Source of the DNA: an uncultured virus (IMG/VR IMGVR_UViG_3300002220_006884)
Taxonomy: Duplodnaviria > Heunggongvirae > Uroviricota > Caudoviricetes
DNA length: 20,000 nt
Direction: 5' to 3' (one strand)
Virus record (IMG/VR): IMGVR_UViG_3300002220_006884
Shown here piece by piece: positions 9,557-15,515 of this stretch (the first letter of the stretch is position 1; each line of letters begins with the position of its first letter). The translations under genes and the position numbers were made by a program. Under the pieces are notes generated by a model. That model did no database searches and had not been told where the DNA came from. It was given only the letters and a program-made list of their open reading frames with translations.

Positions 9557-9662
9557 TATAAAAACACATCGAGGCAAAGGCCAAGCCTTGTTGTGAAACA
9601 GCCAAGCAATACGCGATTGCTTTGGTGGACGGTTAAACTCCGTTGATGTGTTTTTATATGGT
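9557..9662 (+). ncRNA. tRNA-like structured spacer element closed by an 18-bp stem
   Basis: Perfect inverted repeat 9553-9570/9645-9662 enclosing D-like, short anticodon-like, variable and T-like arms. Confidence 0.6.
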
Positions 9663-9665
9663 AAT

Positions 9666-9741
9666 GGGTTGTTAGCTCAGTTGGTAGAGCGTCTGCCTTA
9701 CACGCAGAATGTCGGCGGTTCGAACCCGTCACAACCCACCA
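9666..9741 (+). tRNA. trnV: tRNA-Val(UAC)
   Basis: GGGTTGT/ACAACCC, TCTGC-CTTACAC-GCAGA, TTCGAAC, CCA. Canonical 76 nt. Confidence 0.97.
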
Positions 9742-9750
9742 AAGATTAAT

Positions 9751-9855
9751 CTGCCGATAGCTCAGATGGATAGAGCATCTGCCTTCTTAAGTATCTTTTC
9801 TTAAGGGTATTTAAGAAGCAGATGGTCGGGGGTTCGAATCCCTCTCGGCAGGCCA
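9751..9855 (+). tRNA. trnR: tRNA-Arg (UCG or UCU) with a 28-nt hairpin insert/intron in the anticodon loop
   Basis: CTGCCGA/TCGGCAG acceptor, normal D and T arms, A20 and G73, CCA. Anticodon stem TCTGC/GCAGA encloses 35 nt instead of 7. Confidence 0.85.
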
Positions 9856-9974
9856 AAACAAGTTCTAAGAAATTAGAACAGCTAGTAGGATTGACTAGAA
9901 ATTCAATCAAACTGTTTCAGAAGTCTTGAGTGAGAAACAGAATTAACTCTGATAGCTCTATGAGTTAAACTTTT

Positions 9975-10048
9975 GCGGGTAAGCACGAGGTGTGTCGCCA
10001 GCCTTCCAAGCTGCGCAGAGTGGAATTCGATTTTCCCTACCCGCTCCA
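9975..10048 (+). tRNA. trnG: Atypical tRNA-Gly(UCC)
   Basis: GCGGGTA/TACCCGC acceptor, U73, CAGC-CTTCCAA-GCTG, TTCGATT, CCA. D arm and T stem are non-canonical. Confidence 0.8.
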
Positions 10049-10096
10049 CTTTTAAGAATTTTTCAAAAAGAGTTTTTAAAAGTGGAAAAATTTAAT

Positions 10097-10181
10097 GCCT
10101 GAGTGGTGAAATTGGTAGACGCGGAGGACTCAAAATCCTCTTCCGAAAGGAGTGTCGGTTCGAGTCCGACCTTAGGCACCA
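10097..10181 (+). tRNA. trnL: tRNA-Leu(CAA)
   Basis: GCCTGAG/CTTAGGC, GAGGA-CTCAAAA-TCCTC, variable arm TCC-GAAA-GGA, TTCGAGT, CCA. Confidence 0.95.
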
Positions 10182-10335
10182 GCACTTTGATAAAAAAGAA
10201 AAACCATAATACGAATGATGCCTAGCAAAAGGTGGTATGGTTCATGCAGTTTTGTCAAACAACCTAATGAAAAATAGGTTTAAGAATTAATGATTATTTT
10301 CAATTTTAGAGATTATTAAGTAGATATAAATAAGT

Positions 10336-10363
10336 AGCCCTTGAAAGAATCAAGGGCTTTTTT
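10336..10363 (+). terminator. Intrinsic terminator of the tRNA operon
   Basis: AGCCCTTGA-AAGAA-TCAAGGGCT followed by a T-run. Confidence 0.85.
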
Positions 10364-10367
10364 GTTT

Positions 10368-11588
10368 TTAAGATTTATTTTTTATTTTTGCGAGATTACT
10401 TTTTTCTTTTCCACATTCTGGACACCAACTACCTTTTTGAATATTTTGAAATGCTGAACTCCAAGTTGGGTGTAAGTGATTTTGACACTTCCATTCCATT
10501 TTAGTTTCAGAATTAATATAGTTGGTAGATAAGCACCATCCACCTTTATTTATTGCAAGCTGTTTAGCTTTTTCTAAATAATTGTTTTGATGATTAGTAT
10601 GCTTGTTTAAAAGAGATTCAATGATTGAAATATCAATTTTTTTATTAATTTCAATATTGTTATACTTCAATAATTGCAAGATATAATTGATAATTTGTTG
10701 AGAATCATCTAATTTAAAATTATCATCAATAATAATTAGTTTCACCTGGTTATCAATACAATTTTTCTTTTTTATTGAATCTTTAAATTGAATATATTCA
10801 AGTTCTTCTTTTGTTTTTCCAAAAGATCCTACCTTATAATGATGTTCACCTTGAAATTCAAAAGCAATTTTTAATTCTTCGCAATAACCATCTAATTCTA
10901 ACCTTTTATTGGTTTTAGGATTAATGTTCCATTTTGGGCGAGATTTTTCAAATTTAACTTCCAATAAATATTCTAATATATCTCTAATTTTATGTTCTTT
11001 ATAATAATAGGCAGAACATTGCGGACACCAACTATTATCTAATACAACACTTTTATATTTAGTGTTCCATATATGATTATTTGCACATTTCCATATTAAT
11101 TCTTTTTTAGCTCCGATATATTCAGTAGATAGGCAGTCTCCACCTTTGTTTTTGGCATATTCTTGGGCTAATTTTAATCCATTTTTATTTAGTGATCTTG
11201 TTGCATTTTTTAACTCATTACATTCTGGACACCAATGTTGACCAATTAAAATATTGTATTTTGCCTCCCAAGTATGACCATGAGAGCATTCCCATTTTAA
11301 TTTAGAAATAGAATTAACATATTCAATAGAAAGACATTTTCCACCTTTAGCTAAAGCATATTGTTGTGCTCTTTTTATCCCTTCTTCTTTTGTAAAGTAA
11401 CCTGCACATTGTGGACACCAAGAACCAAACATAACATTTTTAGTTGGAGCATCCCATTCATGTCCATGAGAACATTTCCAGGTTAGTTTTGAATTAGCTC
11501 CAAGATATTCAGTAGAAAGGCAATCACCACCTTTATTTTGGGCATATTCTTTAGCCTTTGCTAATCTTAATATTTGGTCATTATTCAT
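10368..11588 (-). CDS. Zinc-ribbon-repeat PD-(D/E)XK (Vsr/EDxHD-like) endonuclease, probable free-standing homing endonuclease
   Basis: Four repeats of KGGxCLSxxY...WxCxxxHxW...WCPxC flank a nuclease motif E..IR..LE...RLELDGY....IAFEFQGEHHY...D..K. Confidence 0.8.
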   Translation of the reverse strand: MNNDQILRLAKAKEYAQNKGGDCLSTEYLGANSKLTWKCSHGHEWDAPTKNVMFGSWCPQCAGYFTKEEGIKRAQQYALAKGGKCLSIEYVNSISKLKWECSHGHTWEAKYNILIGQHWCPECNELKNATRSLNKNGLKLAQEYAKNKGGDCLSTEYIGAKKELIWKCANNHIWNTKYKSVVLDNSWCPQCSAYYYKEHKIRDILEYLLEVKFEKSRPKWNINPKTNKRLELDGYCEELKIAFEFQGEHHYKVGSFGKTKEELEYIQFKDSIKKKNCIDNQVKLIIIDDNFKLDDSQQIINYILQLLKYNNIEINKKIDISIIESLLNKHTNHQNNYLEKAKQLAINKGGWCLSTNYINSETKMEWKCQNHLHPTWSSAFQNIQKGSWCPECGKEKSNLAKIKNKS

Positions 11589-11666
11589 TTGTAATAGTTA
11601 GATAAATAGTATTTTATTATATCATATTTTAGTTATATTTGGTTTTAAAAAAGTTATAAAAAACTG

Positions 11667-11695
11667 TTGCCAAAAATTAAATTTTAAGTTATAGT
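11667..11695 (+). promoter_or_regulatory. Sigma70-like promoter with no ORF directly downstream
   Basis: TTGCCA-17nt-TATAGT; predicted start near 11702. Confidence 0.65.
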
Positions 11696-11710
11696 ATCGG
11701 TTATGTTAAA

Positions 11711-11954
11711 TTGCTTTCTAAACGGGTGATATTAACAATTAATTCCGTAGATTAGCTAGTCCCGTTAATTTGCTTGAGTTAGTTGAAAAGGTTAAAAATC
11801 CACTGGGCATGGTTCTTTAGTATCACCCGTTTAGAAAGTAACTATAGCTTGTGAGTGAAACAAGCACTAATCATTATTTTTGATAACATATCTAAGGATA
11901 GATGATTGCAAGTAACTTGAGAAGCTGTTTCAAATTATCAAGTTCTTCACAAAG
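11711..11954 (+). ncRNA. Putative structured ncRNA(s), two domains
   Basis: 25-bp inverted repeat 11711-11735/11817-11841 with internal hairpins, then a multi-stem domain at 11849-11952. No ORF; promoter upstream. Confidence 0.6.
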
Positions 11955-12107
11955 ATAAATCAAAATTCATTTTTAAAGTATCCTTCCACAACAAATCTAT
12001 CTATTTAATAATCTAAGTATCTTTAGCTTATTACAATTCTTGTAGTTTAGAGAAAGTATAATGGTATTGTGATATAATATAAACATCATACTTAATGAGA
12101 GAAAATC

Positions 12108-12512
12108 ATGACAACATTATACGAGCGAATTAGTAAAGTTAAAAGTACAAATCCTTATTTTACAAAAGACTTAAAAAAGGCACAGGCTGCTAATAAATTT
12201 ATTGGAAGAGGTTCTATGTTTTCATCTACACACAAGTATATGACAGCAGCAGCAGAATTAGGAAATTGTGGAAATTATGATTCAAGCGATTTGATTTTCA
12301 TATCTGCTGAAGGGGCACGCAATGGTAGGTTGTCTGTTGATTATGTAGAACTTAAAAAAGCAGTAGATGCTGGAGCTAAATTTGTAACAGATGATAAATA
12401 TAACCGTGAACGTCAATATAATGTTGGTGAAAGAGAAGTTAGTGTGTTTTTAGAAAAAAATGGTTATACAGATATTGGTAAAGGTTACTGGGAAAAATTA
12501 ATTAAAAATTAA
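12108..12512 (+). CDS. Hypothetical alpha/beta protein, possibly a SLOG-like nucleotide-binding fold
   Basis: 134 aa, GAGAG RBS, TGATATAAT promoter at 12070-12078. Motifs FIGRGS..SST, IFISAEG, AGAKFVTD, YNVGE. The fold guess is weak. Confidence 0.7.
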   Translation: MTTLYERISKVKSTNPYFTKDLKKAQAANKFIGRGSMFSSTHKYMTAAAELGNCGNYDSSDLIFISAEGARNGRLSVDYVELKKAVDAGAKFVTDDKYNRERQYNVGEREVSVFLEKNGYTDIGKGYWEKLIKN

Positions 12513-12534
12513 TTTAATTTAATAAAAATAAAAC

Positions 12535-12563
12535 TTTACTTTTATTAAAACTAGGTTTATAAT
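12535..12563 (+). promoter_or_regulatory. Sigma70-like promoter for the repeat ncRNA / TerD-fusion transcript
   Basis: TTTACT-17nt-TATAAT; predicted +1 at about A12570, the first base of repeat copy 1. Confidence 0.7.
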
Positions 12564-12569
12564 TCAGTC

Positions 12570-12714
12570 ATCAGGCTATTGTTAGACTTCCTTCTAAACT
12601 CAACTTTATATGAAACTATAGTATAACTGCTCTCCTGATACTAATTCTAAATTGTTAGGCTATTGATGAACTTCCTTCTAAAATTATGGTATTTTAGTTT
12701 ATCTGCTCTCCTGA
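12570..12714 (+). ncRNA. Two tandem copies of a structured RNA motif (12570-12639 and 12655-12714)
   Basis: Both copies read AGGCTATTG-N4-ACTTCCTTCTAAA-variable-TAGT-N4-CTGCTCTCCTGA, with an end-closing stem and a covarying inner stem. Confidence 0.75.
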
Positions 12715-12867
12715 ATTTTATTTAAAGCTAAAATTAATTATTTAATTTAGCTTTCTAATATCTTCAAGTTAAATCATGTAGAATATTACTGTTTCTACAT
12801 GTGGCAGATCATTGTAATTATTAGTTCTACAGTCCTGTTAAAAAATTTAATTAAGAAAGAAGTTATT

Positions 12868-15354
12868 ATGTCAAAAATTTTCAATCAAATTCAATCCGAT
12901 TTATTTGCTACTAAACAAGTAGTATTCATTGATAGCTTTTTCAAAAATACAGATACCCAATCATTGGGGAAAAATAAAGTTGAGGCATTTACATTACTTT
13001 TAAAATGTGAACAGTTGGGATTTTCATTCAATAGTGACTTACTTAATGTTGTTTCTCATGCAACATTGCCTGAAATGGAGAATTTTTGGAATTGGATGAC
13101 TAAAGCAAATGAAAAAATCTATGGTGCATCAAGCTATAAGCCAATGTATCCAAATTTTCCTAAGCAAGTAATTGAAGCATCTGAAGCAGAGCTTTTAGTT
13201 AATGCATTTATGCACTATACTGGAGATGTATTTGGATTGAGAATTATTCCTTCTTATAAAGAAAAAGCTCGTAAAGAACTTAAGGAAGAAGTGACTCCAA
13301 TGCGAATGTCTGTTACAACTGAAGATTCAATCCAAGAATCTTTTGTAAACTATTTACTTTCCAATACATCTCTTTCTGTTTCATCAAAAGAATTGATGAA
13401 AAATATGTTTAATTACCTTCTTGAAAAAGATGCAGATTTAGTTGAGAGTATTCTTATTGAAAATAAAATTCCTCAAAAGGAAAACTTAGCATTTATGGGG
13501 GCAATTGTATTAACATCAACAATTGATTTCAATAAATCTTTAGCAAGTCAACTTCAAACTCCAACAGATTTGATTCGTTTAAGTGCAGCACTTAATGATG
13601 GAGATACAAGTTTGGCAAAAGATACAAAAATTAAAAATATGTCTCGTCCAATGCGTAAAGCCTTTGTAGCAAAACTTGAAAGTATGTTACAAGATGGAGA
13701 CAAATCTCAATTTATGGAAAATATGTTCACTTATAAAGAAAAGTGGACTCGTTTAGCTCATGCGATTCACATTGGTGAATATAAAAGCAAATGTCCTCTT
13801 GCTTTTGAGGCATTACAAAAGGTTCGTTCAAATGATAAAGATGAATCCTTCAATTATAAAATTGAGAAATTAATTACTTCAGGTAACACTGTTGGTGCTT
13901 CAGAGCAATTATGTACACGCCCAGGAGTTTTTGGTCGTATGCTTAATCAAGTATTAAGCAAGAGTAAAGATATTGCAGACCAAGAAAAGGTATTAGGTAA
14001 TTTTAAGTTGGCATCAGCATCAATTGCTACTCCAGTATTATTACAAATTCATGCAAAATTTAAGTATGACAATCAAAATGAAAAGAAAATCATTCTTCCA
14101 AAAGGTGGTTTGGGTAAGATGTTCGTTCGTGATTTAAATGCACCAAAAGTAGAGAAGGTTGTTAAGAAAAAGCCTGTATACAATAGCTACAAGGTTCCAG
14201 AAAAGGCTCCCGAAGTTAAAATGGAGTCAGCACTTGCTCAAGCATTAAAGAATGTATTAAACATTAAGGATGCGGATAAGGTTATGGCTGAAGTAAAAAG
14301 AATTATGCCAGAAATAACTGTTGCTGAAACAGAAAAAGTTAAAGAAGTAATTAAAGAAACTGCAAAAGTAGCTGTTGTTCAAAACTATACTAAAGTTTCT
14401 GATGAACTTGCAAACAAGGTTGTATCAATTATTGAAACAACTTTAATTGAAAGATTTAAATCTGCTCCAGCATTAGGAGATGTTTATATTGAAGATAGTT
14501 TAACATTACAAAATGTTCCATTTGCACAAAGAACAGCATCAAAAGCTTTGAAGACTGTGCCAAAGGGTTCACGTTTTGTGAAGGAATCAGATAAGCCAAT
14601 TATTCGTTTCTTTACATGGTGGAATGAGAATGGTGTTGATAAAAATGGTAATGCATTAAATTCTGGTCGAGTAGATATTGATTTAAGTGTCGGAATTTTT
14701 GATTCTGGATACAACTTAATTAAGCAATGTGCTTATTACGATATGAGGTCTTCAGACTATATGGCACATAGTGGAGATATAACATCTGCACCTAATGGAG
14801 CAGCAGAATATATCGATGTTAATATTGAAAAGCTAGTTGAAGATTTACCTGGAGCGGCTTATGTTGCTCAGTTAATTAGTTCATATACTTCACAAAAGTA
14901 TAGTGAGTTGCCAGAATGTTATTCAGGTTGGATGGAGCGTGAGCAAAAACAACATGGAGAAATTTTTGAAGCATCTACAGTTCAAAATAAAGTAGATATT
15001 ACCTGTGATTCAACTCAAGTATTAACTTGTCTTTATGATATCAATCGTAAAGAATATATTTGGGCAGATACTCCTATTAGTTCAAATTTTTCTAGTTATA
15101 ACAACCTTAAATCAATTAAGGGAGCAATGGCATATAATATTGAAGGATTGGTAGAAATGAAGAAGCCAAATCTATACGATTTATTTGAGATGCATGCAAA
15201 AGCTCGTGGAACAATCGTAAGTGATAAAACTAAAGCAGATACAGTTTTTTCTTTAAAAGAAGGAATAACACCTTTTGATACAGAAATTATTGCCTCCAAG
15301 TTCATGGCAGATGTGTATGAAGTACCTTCTGTTAAAAAGAAATTAAAGGCTTAA
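12868..15354 (+). CDS. Large helical (TROVE/Rot-like?) plus C-terminal TerD-domain protein
   Basis: ORF track gives 12799-15354; ATG at 12868 (MSKIFNQ) is preferred. C-terminal RVDIDLSV...HSGDITSAPNGAAEYIDV is TerD-like. N-terminal part is helical, with MYPNFPKQV and RPGVFGRML motifs. Confidence 0.75.
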   Translation: MSKIFNQIQSDLFATKQVVFIDSFFKNTDTQSLGKNKVEAFTLLLKCEQLGFSFNSDLLNVVSHATLPEMENFWNWMTKANEKIYGASSYKPMYPNFPKQVIEASEAELLVNAFMHYTGDVFGLRIIPSYKEKARKELKEEVTPMRMSVTTEDSIQESFVNYLLSNTSLSVSSKELMKNMFNYLLEKDADLVESILIENKIPQKENLAFMGAIVLTSTIDFNKSLASQLQTPTDLIRLSAALNDGDTSLAKDTKIKNMSRPMRKAFVAKLESMLQDGDKSQFMENMFTYKEKWTRLAHAIHIGEYKSKCPLAFEALQKVRSNDKDESFNYKIEKLITSGNTVGASEQLCTRPGVFGRMLNQVLSKSKDIADQEKVLGNFKLASASIATPVLLQIHAKFKYDNQNEKKIILPKGGLGKMFVRDLNAPKVEKVVKKKPVYNSYKVPEKAPEVKMESALAQALKNVLNIKDADKVMAEVKRIMPEITVAETEKVKEVIKETAKVAVVQNYTKVSDELANKVVSIIETTLIERFKSAPALGDVYIEDSLTLQNVPFAQRTASKALKTVPKGSRFVKESDKPIIRFFTWWNENGVDKNGNALNSGRVDIDLSVGIFDSGYNLIKQCAYYDMRSSDYMAHSGDITSAPNGAAEYIDVNIEKLVEDLPGAAYVAQLISSYTSQKYSELPECYSGWMEREQKQHGEIFEASTVQNKVDITCDSTQVLTCLYDINRKEYIWADTPISSNFSSYNNLKSIKGAMAYNIEGLVEMKKPNLYDLFEMHAKARGTIVSDKTKADTVFSLKEGITPFDTEIIASKFMADVYEVPSVKKKLKA

Positions 15355-15390
15355 TTTAAGCAAGTAAATATGAATTTATGTTGTTAAAAG

Positions 15391-15425
15391 AAAAGACACT
15401 AGATTTTAGATTTAGTGTCTTTTTT
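15391..15425 (+). terminator. Intrinsic, probably bidirectional, terminator
   Basis: AAAAGACACTAGAT...ATTTAGTGTCTTTTTT between convergent genes. Confidence 0.8.
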
Positions 15426-15515
15426 CATTTCTACCTATGGTATCTAATTTTAAAACAATAGACTTTCAGATGGGCTTGTGAAATTCAAGGTTTTTTTCAT
15501 TAGTAGGCTATCAAG

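Noticed and set aside
9436..9732. 98-aa ORF on the minus strand
   Set aside because: Antisense shadow of the tRNA-Leu and tRNA-Val genes.
9784..9817. Group I or archaeal BHB-type intron in tRNA-Arg
   Set aside because: 28 nt is too short for a ribozyme core, and the continuous helix shows no two 3-nt bulges. Kept as an unexplained insert.
9930..9968. Hammerhead ribozyme (GAAAC and CTGATAG words)
   Set aside because: The CUGANGA core is not matched and the stems do not form the required three-way junction.
11711..11841. Retron msr-msd (a1/a2 repeats) or MITE
   Set aside because: No reverse transcriptase or transposase nearby, no long msd hairpin, no target-site duplication, and the mismatches are G-U type.
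12570..12714. CRISPR mini-array
   Set aside because: Only two units, the conserved blocks are interrupted and pair end-to-end, and there is no cas gene in the window. A structured RNA repeat fits better.
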